This document shows, piece by piece, positions 26,493-36,555 of a stretch of 64,000 nucleotides of DNA; positions within the stretch are counted from its first letter, which is position 1, and every line of letters starts with the position of its first letter. Location: positions 1 through 64,000 of the IMG/VR virus record IMGVR_UViG_3300033121_000981; one strand, written 5' to 3'. The translations under genes and the position numbers were made by a program. The DNA is from a virus. Below the pieces are notes generated by a model that saw only the letters and a program-made list of their open reading frames with translations, was not told the origin of the DNA and ran no database searches.

Positions 26493-27299
26493 ATGAAACG
26501 TTTATTTTTAGCTTTAGTTTTACCTATTATTTTATGTGCTTGCACACAAATCGATACAGGTAATGTTGGTGTAGAATCTACTCTTGGGCAAGTAGGTAAA
26601 GAAACTATGTCACCTGGGGTTTATTTCACATTGTTTAAGCGTGTGACAGAAGTGTCTACCAAAGAACTTCGTCTATCATTAGATGATTTAAAGCCACAGA
26701 CAAAAGATAAAATTACTTTGTCAGATTTAGATGTTGATATTTTCTATCAATTAAATCCATCTAAAGTAGTTGAAGTAATGACACGTTGGCCAGGTGACGC
26801 AATCCACTTAGATGGGGAAGATGGTGTACGTTTAGGTAATAATTTTGTCACACGACAAGCAAGAGAATCTATTTACAACGCTATTTCAAAATATGGCTCG
26901 GATGTGGTTCATACAGAGCGTGCTAACATCTCTGCAAATGTGGTAGAATCTTTACAAAAAGATTTAGATGAATCCGTAGGGAAGGGTGTATTCTTTATTC
27001 GTAGTGCTAATGTTCGTAATTTAGTTACAGACCCAGCTTTGGAACAATCTATTAAAGAATCTGCAAATCGTAATTTCCAGATTGCAGCTAAACAAAAGGA
27101 TATTGAATTGGCTCGTGCAGAAGCTGAACGTAAACGTGTAGAAGCACAAGGAGAAGCTGATGCAATTAAATTACGCTCTTCTGCAATTTCAGCGCAAGGA
27201 GGTTCTGAATATGTGCAATTGAAAGCTATTGAAAAATGGGATGGTAAACTTCCTACAACACAAGGTGGTACAATAACACCTTTTATTCAGGTTAAATAA
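26493..27299 (+). CDS. SPFH/band-7 (prohibitin/HflKC-like) domain protein with N-terminal signal or lipoprotein-like sequence
   Basis: N-terminal LALVLPIILCAC; C-terminal Ala/Glu-rich coiled region typical of band-7 proteins. Confidence 0.75.
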   Translation: MKRLFLALVLPIILCACTQIDTGNVGVESTLGQVGKETMSPGVYFTLFKRVTEVSTKELRLSLDDLKPQTKDKITLSDLDVDIFYQLNPSKVVEVMTRWPGDAIHLDGEDGVRLGNNFVTRQARESIYNAISKYGSDVVHTERANISANVVESLQKDLDESVGKGVFFIRSANVRNLVTDPALEQSIKESANRNFQIAAKQKDIELARAEAERKRVEAQGEADAIKLRSSAISAQGGSEYVQLKAIEKWDGKLPTTQGGTITPFIQVK

Positions 27300-27323
27300 T
27301 TAACATACAGAAGGGATGCTAAA

Positions 27324-27581
27324 ATGAAAAAAGATACATACGAAATTATTTACAATCCAGCTAACCTATTATTTAAATATGAGGTATGGATTAATGGTGA
27401 TGTTCATAGCGTTGTATATGATGATTTAAATATTCCTTCTGTTGTTTTTAAAAATGTAACGAAATGTGTTGGAGCTTACTTAACAGTTAATCAAGCTCAA
27501 GCACGTATTGATTATCAAGAGTCTCTTAATCAATTTAAAGAGAAGTCTGGTCAATGGAAACTTGGACACAATAATGGATAA
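27324..27581 (+). CDS. hypothetical protein
   Basis: ORF track. Confidence 0.45.
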   Translation: MKKDTYEIIYNPANLLFKYEVWINGDVHSVVYDDLNIPSVVFKNVTKCVGAYLTVNQAQARIDYQESLNQFKEKSGQWKLGHNNG

Positions 27582-27789
27582 TATTTTAACTAATATTGTT
27601 TCAGAATTAATTGATGTTAACGATAAACAACCAGAAAGCGGAAGTAGTGTTTTAGCTTTAACAGTAGGAGGTAAACTTTGTGAAGTTGTTTGGACAAGTA
27701 ATTCTCACAAATATTACGATGCTTGGTGTGTTTATCCTAAGATTCCTAAAAGTGTTAAGGAAAGACAAGTTGAAAGATTTAAAAATTAA
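27574..27789 (+). CDS. hypothetical protein (start moved to internal Met MDNILT)
   Basis: avoids a 74-nt overlap; ATG overlaps the upstream stop. Confidence 0.4.
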   Translation: MDNILTNIVSELIDVNDKQPESGSSVLALTVGGKLCEVVWTSNSHKYYDAWCVYPKIPKSVKERQVERFKN

Positions 27790-27807
27790 AACTAAGGAGA
27801 AAAATTT

Positions 27808-28242
27808 ATGCAACTAATTAGAAAATCTGTATTTGAAACAAATTCAAGCTCATGCCACAGTTTATCAATTTCCTCTGGCGATGTTCTTGATAGCATTACT
27901 CCAGACTATGAAGATAGTATTAAAATCCCTGCCATGGATTTTGGTTGGGAAATTAAAAGATATAATGCACCTATAGAAAAATTAACATACGTTTACATTT
28001 ATATTAGAGATTGGTGTCGTGGCCCAATACAAGAATTATTTATGGATATTTTATGGGAAGTTGTTTGCAAGCACACGGGTGCAACTAGCCTAGTGTACAT
28101 GGGTGATGAAAATGAGGGATTCATTGACCACCAATCTGTAGAGGACAATAATTTAGATTATTTGTTTGAAGACAAAGAGCTATTAAAACAATTCATTTTT
28201 AATCCAGATTCCATCCTATACACAGATAATGATAATCACTAA
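27808..28242 (+). CDS. hypothetical acidic protein
   Basis: ORF track. Confidence 0.55.
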   Translation: MQLIRKSVFETNSSSCHSLSISSGDVLDSITPDYEDSIKIPAMDFGWEIKRYNAPIEKLTYVYIYIRDWCRGPIQELFMDILWEVVCKHTGATSLVYMGDENEGFIDHQSVEDNNLDYLFEDKELLKQFIFNPDSILYTDNDNH

Positions 28243-28254
28243 TTAAGGAATTAT

Positions 28255-29142
28255 ATGCAGCTTTTATCTGAATGCAATAATGGTAATGCTAATATTAAAA
28301 TTTATGAAGACGGTACAAGAGTTATTACCTGTGATGAGGAAATACTTAATCTTAAATACCCTTTAAATATAGATATTCGGATTAGCGAAAAGTGCGCTTT
28401 TGGTCTTAATCCAAAAACAGGTAAAGCTGTTTGTAATTTCTGTCACGAGTCTGCAACGACAGATGGTGAAGATGCAGACTTGAATATCCTGTTTAATACT
28501 TTAAGCGAACTTCCTTCTGGGGTAGAATTAGCAATCGGTGTTAATCAAGTTCCAGAAGGTTTCATAAAATTCTTAGAAAAATGTAAACAGAAAGGTTGGA
28601 TTGTTAATATTACAATTAACCAAGGACATGTGAGGCGTGACAAAGAAAAGCTTCTCTGGTTGATTAAAAATAACTTAATTAATGGTTTAGGTATTAGTTA
28701 TAGAAGCGGTATGCTTGATATTCCAGACGAGTTACTTGCGTATAAAAACACTGTTGTACATGTTATTTCTGGAATTGATACTATAGATGAAATAATAGCT
28801 TTAGCATCTAAAGGGTTTAAAAAGGTATTAGTGTTAGGTGAAAAAGATTTTGGATTCAATCTAGGCAAGGTGAAAATAACTACAGAAACCCATAGGCAAT
28901 GGTATAGAAGGGTTTGGGAACTATTCGCATTGTTTGATATTGTATCTTTTGACAACCTTGCTTTAGAACAATTAAATGTTAAGAGATTTGTTAAAAATTG
29001 GGATGAGGTATATCAGCATGAGTATAGTTTTTATATAAATGCGGTTCAGAAATACTTTTCACCAAGTAGTAGATCAAATGAAAAAACTTACTACAAAACA
29101 AAGAATACAAATATTGCGCAATATTTTGAAAGTATTATTTAG
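28255..29142 (+). CDS. hypothetical protein with Cys-x12-Cys-x2-Cys cluster and alternating beta/alpha pattern (radical-SAM-like?)
   Basis: CAFGLNPKTGKAVCNFCHE; a speculative resemblance to CX14CX2C radical-SAM enzymes. Confidence 0.5.
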   Translation: MQLLSECNNGNANIKIYEDGTRVITCDEEILNLKYPLNIDIRISEKCAFGLNPKTGKAVCNFCHESATTDGEDADLNILFNTLSELPSGVELAIGVNQVPEGFIKFLEKCKQKGWIVNITINQGHVRRDKEKLLWLIKNNLINGLGISYRSGMLDIPDELLAYKNTVVHVISGIDTIDEIIALASKGFKKVLVLGEKDFGFNLGKVKITTETHRQWYRRVWELFALFDIVSFDNLALEQLNVKRFVKNWDEVYQHEYSFYINAVQKYFSPSSRSNEKTYYKTKNTNIAQYFESII

Positions 29143-29156
29143 TTTAAAGGAAAATA

Positions 29157-29384
29157 ATGGCACGAGTAGAGATTAGTAAATGGGATATTGCTTCGATGTT
29201 TGGCCTTGTCTATAAGGGAGAGGATGCTAGAGATGACAACGGGGGTTATTCGTATTATTTCATGTTCAAAGGTAAAGAACACATCATTACACAAGATTAT
29301 TACAACTGTCCTGACGAAGAAGAGGCAAAAGAACAGATGGCAGAAAGAGTTATCCAAGCTATCGTTGCAGGTGTTATGATTTAA
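29157..29384 (+). CDS. hypothetical protein
   Basis: ORF track. Confidence 0.5.
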   Translation: MARVEISKWDIASMFGLVYKGEDARDDNGGYSYYFMFKGKEHIITQDYYNCPDEEEAKEQMAERVIQAIVAGVMI

Positions 29385-29399
29385 TAGAAGGGACAGTTT

Positions 29400-31538
29400 A
29401 TGACTGCTGGAAATTTGAATGGGTGGTGTGTAGACTGTGAGAGTGATAATCTCTATCTTCAAGCTAATAAAATCTGGTATATAAAGTTTAAATCTATTGA
29501 TGGCACTAGGGAAATGAGTGTATACCCATTCAGAGAAGGTATTCAAAAGAGCTATGATAGAATTGTAGAATGGATATATTCATTTCCAGATGGTGCACAT
29601 GTTATAGGATTTAATCATCTAGGCTTTGATTTGTGGTTAATGTGGCGTATGCTGGATATCATTCCACGTGTAGGTAAAAAAGGGAAAGATTGGCTAGAAG
29701 GTAAGCATGTTCAATTTATAGATGGATATATCTTAAGTCAGTATTTGAACCCTGATTCACCTAAGCACTCACTAGACTACTTATCGAATGGTTCAGAGAA
29801 CAATGAAGATGGTAAAATTCACTATCGACAAAGCTTAATAGATGCTGGTGCAATGGATAAGGATGCACCTAAAGGGCATGAATTTACATTCTTTCATGAA
29901 CTGCTAGTACCATATTGTGATAAAGACGTAGATGCCACGATTGAAGTAGTAAAGAGATTATGGTCTAAAGCAAAAGATATGTATGGAGAAGATAAATGGT
30001 TGCACAGTAGCTTTAAACAATTACAAAAAGATTATTGGTTGTACAGTGCTCAAGCATACAGTGGAAGCCCATTTCATAAAGAACGTGCATTAGCTTTAAG
30101 TGAAAAAATTGAAGATGAAATGGCAAAACTGAAAGCTGAAGTTGATCCAGAACTGCCCCCAAGACCTCTTAAAACGGCTGAGAAGGCTTTATATAAATTC
30201 CCTAGCAAACCATTCTCTAAGACAGGTGAGAGGTCGTCAGCGCTCTTAAAATGGCTAGAAAAGCATAATGCTATATTAGATGATGAAGGTTATGTACTGG
30301 CATATGGAATTAAACAAAAATTGGTGCCAAATGAAATATTAGATATTAAAATCCCAATGGAAATATCTGACAATTTAGAAATAAAACAATATTTCTTAGA
30401 CTCTGGATGGGAACCTACATTATGGAATGTACAAAAAGGAGCTGATGGGAAGCCTATAAAAGATGAGTCTGGTAAAATAATAAAAACTTCACCTAAAATT
30501 CAAGAAGCTGGACAACTTTGCCCAAATCTGGAAAAATTGAATGGTGAAATTCCTCGTAAAGTTGTTAAATTCCTATCATATAGAAATAGACTAGGTGTAG
30601 TCACTGGTTGGCTAAATAATTGGCGCATTAATTTCGATGGCAGATTAAGTTCTGAAATTAGTGGCTACACCCCAACTTTTCGTGTGAAACACAAAACAGT
30701 AGTTAATTGCCCTAAAGCTGATCCTAAAGTGTTGCTTGGGTATGAAATGCGTGATTTGTTTAATGTTCCTGATGGTTATTGGTATATTGGTACAGATGCA
30801 GCAGGGCTTGAAAATAGAACAGTAGCAGCTTATACATATAAATACGATGGTGGGCAGTTTGCTCGGTTAGTGCTAGAAGGTGATTGTCATACATTTAATT
30901 CTTTTGCATTTTTTCCTGAAATTGAAAAGATGTTTGATATTAATGAGGAAGGGTTAAAGGATAAGGCAGAATTTAAGCCTTATAGAAATAAAGCTAAAAC
31001 AGGAGCTTATCTATTAGCCTATGGTGGTGGAATACCAAAGTTAGCAAGTAGCTTAGGGTTATCCAATGCAGCCGCAACTTTAGCATACAACAATTATTGG
31101 GAAAAGAATCCTGGATTAGGAAAACTAAAATTAGCTGCTGAGAAATACTATAACGGAGCAGGTAAAAAGAAATATCTTCCAGCTTGGGATGGACGTATTC
31201 TTTCGATTAGGAGTAAGAATAAGATTATTAATTGTCTAGGGCAAAGCTTAGGAGCTATTGCTATGTCTATAGCGGCTTGTTTAATGGATAGTAAATTAGG
31301 TGAGTTGCATTTAGATGATCTAGGTAGACCATATTATCTATACAAAGGTAAAAAGGTTTGGAGAAGTAACTTAACACATGATGAATATTCTTGGCCTTGT
31401 GAAGATGGTATTCACGAAGAAATTAGAGAAATGTCTGTAAAATGCATTATTGAGGCAGGGGAGTATCTTAAATTACCTGTAAAATTAGATGGTGAAGGTA
31501 AGATGAGTTTTGAAGGGTCATGGAAAGATGTTCATTAA
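29400..31538 (+). CDS. family A DNA polymerase (T7 gp5-like) with 3'-5' exonuclease domain
   Basis: Exo motif GFNHLGFDLW; motif A DAAGLENR; motif B RNKAKTGAYLLAYGGG; motif C HDE; 712 aa. Confidence 0.9.
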   Translation: MTAGNLNGWCVDCESDNLYLQANKIWYIKFKSIDGTREMSVYPFREGIQKSYDRIVEWIYSFPDGAHVIGFNHLGFDLWLMWRMLDIIPRVGKKGKDWLEGKHVQFIDGYILSQYLNPDSPKHSLDYLSNGSENNEDGKIHYRQSLIDAGAMDKDAPKGHEFTFFHELLVPYCDKDVDATIEVVKRLWSKAKDMYGEDKWLHSSFKQLQKDYWLYSAQAYSGSPFHKERALALSEKIEDEMAKLKAEVDPELPPRPLKTAEKALYKFPSKPFSKTGERSSALLKWLEKHNAILDDEGYVLAYGIKQKLVPNEILDIKIPMEISDNLEIKQYFLDSGWEPTLWNVQKGADGKPIKDESGKIIKTSPKIQEAGQLCPNLEKLNGEIPRKVVKFLSYRNRLGVVTGWLNNWRINFDGRLSSEISGYTPTFRVKHKTVVNCPKADPKVLLGYEMRDLFNVPDGYWYIGTDAAGLENRTVAAYTYKYDGGQFARLVLEGDCHTFNSFAFFPEIEKMFDINEEGLKDKAEFKPYRNKAKTGAYLLAYGGGIPKLASSLGLSNAAATLAYNNYWEKNPGLGKLKLAAEKYYNGAGKKKYLPAWDGRILSIRSKNKIINCLGQSLGAIAMSIAACLMDSKLGELHLDDLGRPYYLYKGKKVWRSNLTHDEYSWPCEDGIHEEIREMSVKCIIEAGEYLKLPVKLDGEGKMSFEGSWKDVH

Positions 31539-31547
31539 GGAGGAAAA

Positions 31548-32111
31548 ATGATTATAGGATTAGCTGGTAAGGCTGGGTCAGGGAAAGATACCGTTGCTGA
31601 TTATTTAGTGGCAAATTATGGATTTGAAAAAATTAGTTTTGCTAAACCTCTAAAAGATATGTTATCAGCAGCAGGGTTCCCAGAACCTACTAATCGTGAC
31701 GATAAAGAAAAACCTATTAATGGTTTTAATTTTTCTTGGAGGTATATGGCTCAAACCCTAGGCACAGAGTGGGGACGGAATTGTCTAGGTCAAGATATTT
31801 GGGTGCAGATAGCTATGCGTAATTTAGACACAAATAAAAATTATGTATTCTCAGATGTTCGTTTTGAAAATGAAGCAGATGCTATTCGTAAAGCTGGCGG
31901 TATTGTTATTCACTTACTTGGAAGAAAATCTGACTTAGGCTCTAATGGTGAACATATATCTGAAAAACCATTAGTACAGATTGGTAAAGATATTATGTTA
32001 CTTAACCAAAACAGTAAGCAACATTTATTTACTACTATTGATTGTTTTATGGAATCTATAAATATATCAAAATCTGAAAGTGATAACTCTAAACATTTTA
32101 GTTTATTTTGA
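31548..32111 (+). CDS. deoxynucleoside monophosphate kinase (T4 gp1-like)
   Basis: P-loop GKAGSGKDT and DVRFENEADAIRKAGGIVIHL parallel T4 gp1. Confidence 0.75.
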   Translation: MIIGLAGKAGSGKDTVADYLVANYGFEKISFAKPLKDMLSAAGFPEPTNRDDKEKPINGFNFSWRYMAQTLGTEWGRNCLGQDIWVQIAMRNLDTNKNYVFSDVRFENEADAIRKAGGIVIHLLGRKSDLGSNGEHISEKPLVQIGKDIMLLNQNSKQHLFTTIDCFMESINISKSESDNSKHFSLF

Positions 32112-32521
32112 AAGTAATATTCACAGGGCCTTGGTATATAACAGATACAGAGTATATAGATGAAGCTTTCTTATTCTCTTGTTTTGAAGAGTATGGCCCA
32201 ACTCTTGAAGTTGTAACAAATATGGAGAATATGTTAGATAAATATGCTAAACAATTCGCCAGAAAAAATAGGTTTTGGTACCACGAAATTCCTCCAAAAT
32301 GGTCTGAGCATGGGCCAGAAGCTTTTAAGATAAATAGAGATGATCTTATACAATTCTCTAGTGGATTAATTGCTGTATGGGATGGTGAATGCAGGGATAC
32401 ATATAAACTAATTGAGATGGCACAATCAAATGATTTATTAACTTATGTATATATGGTAGGAAAGAATGGAAATCATTTAAAACCATTAAATAAACTTGAC
32501 AAAAACTACGATTTGTATTAA
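32108..32521 (+). CDS. DUF2493 / SLOG-family protein
   Basis: pattern VIFTG...LIAVWDGECRDT resembles the DUF2493 G...DG.SRGT core. Confidence 0.45.
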   Translation: MKVIFTGPWYITDTEYIDEAFLFSCFEEYGPTLEVVTNMENMLDKYAKQFARKNRFWYHEIPPKWSEHGPEAFKINRDDLIQFSSGLIAVWDGECRDTYKLIEMAQSNDLLTYVYMVGKNGNHLKPLNKLDKNYDLY

Positions 32522-32545
32522 AATAGCAATACAAAAGGAACTATT

Positions 32546-32830
32546 ATGTACAATACTGAATCTGAGTATTTTGATGCAATATCTAAAGGTGATTATAAAA
32601 AGCCAATTGTGAAGTGTTGGCGTATTCAATTTGCGGATGTTGGTAAACGAGCACGTGTAAACGCATTCAATCATCCAGCACAGTATTTAAATAAAGCACC
32701 TTGGATTGATACATCACCTGTTATACGAATAATTGAAGACGGAAAAGCTATTGAAACATGTAATACTATTTATGTTTTAGATAGTTATTATGGTGAGAAT
32801 TTTAACAACAAGGTTGACACAGCAACCTAG
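32546..32830 (+). CDS. hypothetical protein
   Basis: ORF track. Confidence 0.5.
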   Translation: MYNTESEYFDAISKGDYKKPIVKCWRIQFADVGKRARVNAFNHPAQYLNKAPWIDTSPVIRIIEDGKAIETCNTIYVLDSYYGENFNNKVDTAT

Positions 32831-32881
32831 AAAATAATCTAAAGCAAGTGGCACTGTGTTATATAAAATATAAAGGAAAAT

Positions 32882-33526
32882 ATGTCTAAATTAGAAAACT
32901 CTTATGGCGTTATCGAAGGTACTTTAGTATATGCAAAAATTGCACAAAGTGATAAAAAATATCAATCAGAAGAACGTGAGTATAGTATTGCAGTAATTGT
33001 AGATGAAGATGCTGCTGATGAGTGGGACAGTAAATTTAAAAAGCAACCAGCTAAAAAGATTCGTGTAGGTGATTTTGAAAATAAATACAAAATTCCTTGC
33101 CCTATCGAAGGTGTCAAAAATGTATTTGAAATTAAATTAAAAAGAGATGCTACACAAGATGGTGTAGAACTTGATGCTAAATTCAGACCAAAAGTTTTTT
33201 TGGATACACGAGATGGGCGCGTAGATATCACACAGTCGCGCCTAATTTCAAATGGTTCTTACGGTAAAGTAAGTTATTATATTTATTCAAATGATTTTGG
33301 AACGTTTGCTCGCCTAAACAACATCTTAATAGAAGAAGATAACTTTAAAGAATATATTCCAACTGTAGGAGCAGGGCCAGGAAGTGAATTTGGAGAACCA
33401 AAACAAATTACTAAGGTTGAACCTGCAAGGGATGAAGTGACAAAAGCTCGTAAAGATAAGCCTATTAAAAAAGAACCACTAGTGATAGAAGAAGATGATG
33501 TATCTGATGATGATGCTCCATTCTAA
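32882..33526 (+). CDS. single-stranded DNA-binding protein (T7 gp2.5-like) with acidic C-terminal tail ending DDDAPF
   Basis: N-terminal similarity to the gp2.5 pattern; C-terminal tail resembles E. coli SSB DDDIPF. Confidence 0.65.
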   Translation: MSKLENSYGVIEGTLVYAKIAQSDKKYQSEEREYSIAVIVDEDAADEWDSKFKKQPAKKIRVGDFENKYKIPCPIEGVKNVFEIKLKRDATQDGVELDAKFRPKVFLDTRDGRVDITQSRLISNGSYGKVSYYIYSNDFGTFARLNNILIEEDNFKEYIPTVGAGPGSEFGEPKQITKVEPARDEVTKARKDKPIKKEPLVIEEDDVSDDDAPF

Positions 33527-33563
33527 TTAATACAACAGAAAGCCTCTAAGAGGCTTTCTTTCA

Positions 33564-34535
33564 TTGGAGACAATATTGAAAACAATTGCTGTAATAGATG
33601 GTGACATTGTGGCTTACAGATGTGCTGCTGCAAATGAAACCAGAAGTATTAAAGCTACACATAAAGTAACAGGGCAAGAAATTGTATGCCCGCACAGGAC
33701 AGCCTTTAAAGAACAAATTAAAGGTGTATTTGAAGCAGAAGAATTTACCATAGAAGATGTTCAAGAGTCTGGTAACATTATTTTAGCAAAGAAAGCTATT
33801 GATGCTGTTATTAACTCCTTGAAGCGGACTTGTAACGCAGACGAAGTAGAAGTATATTTAAGTGGGGTAGATAATTTTAGAGATAGCTTACCTTTACCTA
33901 GTAAATATAAGGGGACACGTTCTACAATTAAACCTTTACAATTAAAGCAATGCCGTTCGTACCTAGAAAGAGAGATAGGGGCTACAGTTATTAATGGTAG
34001 AGAAGTAGATGACATACTAGCTCAACGTTGCTATGAAGGATTGCAACAGAAAATAAAGACAATAGCATGTACTTTAGATGGGGATCAAAATGGTGTCTCT
34101 GGATGGATGTATAATTGGAATAAGCATAAAGAACCTGCCCTTGTAAAAGGATTAGGGAATATTTATCTTGTAAATGGAAATAAGGATTTTGATGGACAAG
34201 GTAGAAAGTTCTTTTACGCCCAATGGGTATTAGGTGATGTTGTAGATGCATTCAAGCCTTGTGAAATATCTGGGAAGAAATTTGGCGTAATGGGGATGTA
34301 TAACCTGCTATCTAAGTGTACAACAGATAAAGAATGTGTTGAAGCTATATATAAACAATATAAATCTTGGTATCCTCAAGAGTTTATTGAATACACAGAT
34401 TTCAATGGTGTACAACAAAAGAAAACACTGATAGAATTAATGGATATGTACGCTGCTTGTGCACATATGAGGCGATTTGAAGACGATGTATTTGATACAG
34501 CTAAATTATTAACAACTCTAGGAATAGAAAAATAA
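33564..34535 (+). CDS. 5'-3' exonuclease (T7 gp6-like, FEN/PIN fold)
   Basis: IAVIDGDIVAYRCAAA against T7 gp6 ILVMDGDWLVFQAMSAA; YKGTRS; GDVVDAF. Confidence 0.7.
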   Translation: METILKTIAVIDGDIVAYRCAAANETRSIKATHKVTGQEIVCPHRTAFKEQIKGVFEAEEFTIEDVQESGNIILAKKAIDAVINSLKRTCNADEVEVYLSGVDNFRDSLPLPSKYKGTRSTIKPLQLKQCRSYLEREIGATVINGREVDDILAQRCYEGLQQKIKTIACTLDGDQNGVSGWMYNWNKHKEPALVKGLGNIYLVNGNKDFDGQGRKFFYAQWVLGDVVDAFKPCEISGKKFGVMGMYNLLSKCTTDKECVEAIYKQYKSWYPQEFIEYTDFNGVQQKKTLIELMDMYAACAHMRRFEDDVFDTAKLLTTLGIEK

Positions 34536-35194
34536 TGGAAGATACTTTCAAATTTTATGTTAAAGGTAGCAACACTTTATATACGTATAAAAAAATAAAT
34601 CATTTTGAGTGTGTAATAACATGTAAAATAAATGGCAGAGTTTATACCGACTCTACGTATATTGAGGATATGAAACAGGCAATAATATCTGGTAATATTA
34701 TTTTAGCTGAAACTAAAACTATTATTCTTAAATATTATTTCAAAGATAATCCAACACAAGAATTTACTTATACAAGTGACGGCGATGAGTGGGCAACATT
34801 GAGCTATAAAACGCACAATATAGGTTGGAATGCTAAAATTAAGATTGATGATTTTAAAGAGTTAGTAGAAAGCGGAGATGTAATAATTTTATACTCTTGT
34901 GGTTTTGTAGAACATCATGCAAAAGCAGATGATTGTGTTATGCCGGAGCACTTAAGTCAAAAAGATGTGTTATTTGGTTTACCAAGCATTTACGAACTAA
35001 TCCAAGACGCTGTGAAGGTGACAAACAATGCACTAAATATCTTAATTACAAAAGATTTCTTTTCTGTAAGTCATAGAAAGATTTTTAATAGTGGTAATTT
35101 TAAAGTGTTTGGAGAAGATAATTTAAGAAAAATATTGCCACTACTAATTGAGATTGATAAGGTACTAAATACAAATGCCTCCAAAACCTCTTAA
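34535..35194 (+). CDS. hypothetical protein
   Basis: ORF track. Confidence 0.5.
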   Translation: MEDTFKFYVKGSNTLYTYKKINHFECVITCKINGRVYTDSTYIEDMKQAIISGNIILAETKTIILKYYFKDNPTQEFTYTSDGDEWATLSYKTHNIGWNAKIKIDDFKELVESGDVIILYSCGFVEHHAKADDCVMPEHLSQKDVLFGLPSIYELIQDAVKVTNNALNILITKDFFSVSHRKIFNSGNFKVFGEDNLRKILPLLIEIDKVLNTNASKTS

Positions 35195-35720
35195 AACGCG
35201 CTGTAGCGGCACAATGACAGAGTCAGCATACTTTGGATGGATACGTTCTGCTTTACGTGCTAAGAGCCTTAGGTGGCTTCCTAGAGCTAAAGCATTAGAA
35301 TTAGCTAGGCGTCCATACAAAGGTGCTAATAAGTTGCAAAAATGGGAATACCAATGTGCTATTTGTAAACAATGGGGAAGAATGAAAGATATGGTTGTCG
35401 ATCATTTTCCTAAGTCATGCGGGTCTATAACATGTGTAGAAGATATAGGAAAGTTTGCTACAACATTGTTTTGTGAGGTAGATAATTTAAGGGTATTAGA
35501 TAAAGAATGTCATGACATACATACATTAGCTGAAAGTATGAAAATATCTTTTGAAGATGCTAAAATTGAAAAACAAATTATTGCTATAACAAAACAGTCT
35601 TCTGCGAAAGTTGTTGCTTATTTGAAAAAACACGGGTATAATGGCGAAGCAGTAAGTAACCCAGAAAAACGTAGAAAGTTGGTCAGTAAAATTGTGAGAC
35701 AGGGAGAATATATTGACTAA
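35175..35720 (+). CDS. HNH endonuclease
   Basis: CAICKQWG...VVDHFP...NLRVLDKECH. Confidence 0.7.
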   Translation: MPPKPLKTRCSGTMTESAYFGWIRSALRAKSLRWLPRAKALELARRPYKGANKLQKWEYQCAICKQWGRMKDMVVDHFPKSCGSITCVEDIGKFATTLFCEVDNLRVLDKECHDIHTLAESMKISFEDAKIEKQIIAITKQSSAKVVAYLKKHGYNGEAVSNPEKRRKLVSKIVRQGEYID

Positions 35721-36555
35721 AGAATGGCAGCATAATGCTATAGCATTAGCAAATACAAAAGTGATGAGCTGGAGAAGTATTGCTAAAGAATTAGGGGTAA
35801 GTAAAAGCACTTGCTCCGATTTTCTTCGTTCATACTTTAAATTTAGAAATAATATAGGTGATATTGTAACTAAATGTGCAAAATATGATAATTCAAGAGT
35901 ATTATTCATCAGTGATTTACATATTCCATATCATAACAAAGAAGCTTTGAGTTTCTTAAAAATGTTAAAGAAACGTTATAATCCAACCCGTGTTATTTCT
36001 CTTGGAGATGAATTAGATAAACATGCATTATCATTTCATACAAGTGATCCAGATTTAAGAAGTGCTGGGGATGAACTTAGAGCAGCTTTGCCAGTGATTA
36101 AGGAATTACATGATATGTTTCCTGTTATGGATTTATTAGATTCTAATCATGGAAGTTTAGTGTGGAGGAAAGCTAAAGAGCATGGGATTCCAAGACATTA
36201 TATTAAAAGCTATAATGATGTGTTGCAAGTAAGTGATGGTTGGAAATGGTATGATGATTTAGTATTAGATTTACCAGACGGACAAAAAGTTTATGTGCAT
36301 CATGGTAAAAGTCAAGATGCTATTAAAACAAGTCAAGCTATGGGAATGAGTCATGTATGTGGACATTATCATAATTCATTCGGGGTTAAATATTGGGCTA
36401 ACCCTCAAGGACTGTATTGGGCAATGAATAGTGGATGTCTAATTGATGATGATAGTTTAGCTTTTGCATATAACAATGTTAATCTACATAGGCCAATCAT
36501 AGGGACAAGTTTAATTATTGATGGTGTACCTATTTTAGAGGCTATGCCATTATGA
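35713..36555 (+). CDS. metallophosphoesterase with N-terminal HTH-like region
   Basis: ISDLHIP, GDELD, SNHG, GHYH. Confidence 0.75.
   Translation: MTKEWQHNAIALANTKVMSWRSIAKELGVSKSTCSDFLRSYFKFRNNIGDIVTKCAKYDNSRVLFISDLHIPYHNKEALSFLKMLKKRYNPTRVISLGDELDKHALSFHTSDPDLRSAGDELRAALPVIKELHDMFPVMDLLDSNHGSLVWRKAKEHGIPRHYIKSYNDVLQVSDGWKWYDDLVLDLPDGQKVYVHHGKSQDAIKTSQAMGMSHVCGHYHNSFGVKYWANPQGLYWAMNSGCLIDDDSLAFAYNNVNLHRPIIGTSLIIDGVPILEAMPL

Noticed and set aside
32962-34251. Minus-strand ORFs (32962-33231, 33561-33764, 33761-34015, 33991-34251)
   Set aside because: Antisense to the SSB and exonuclease genes, which have recognisable motifs.
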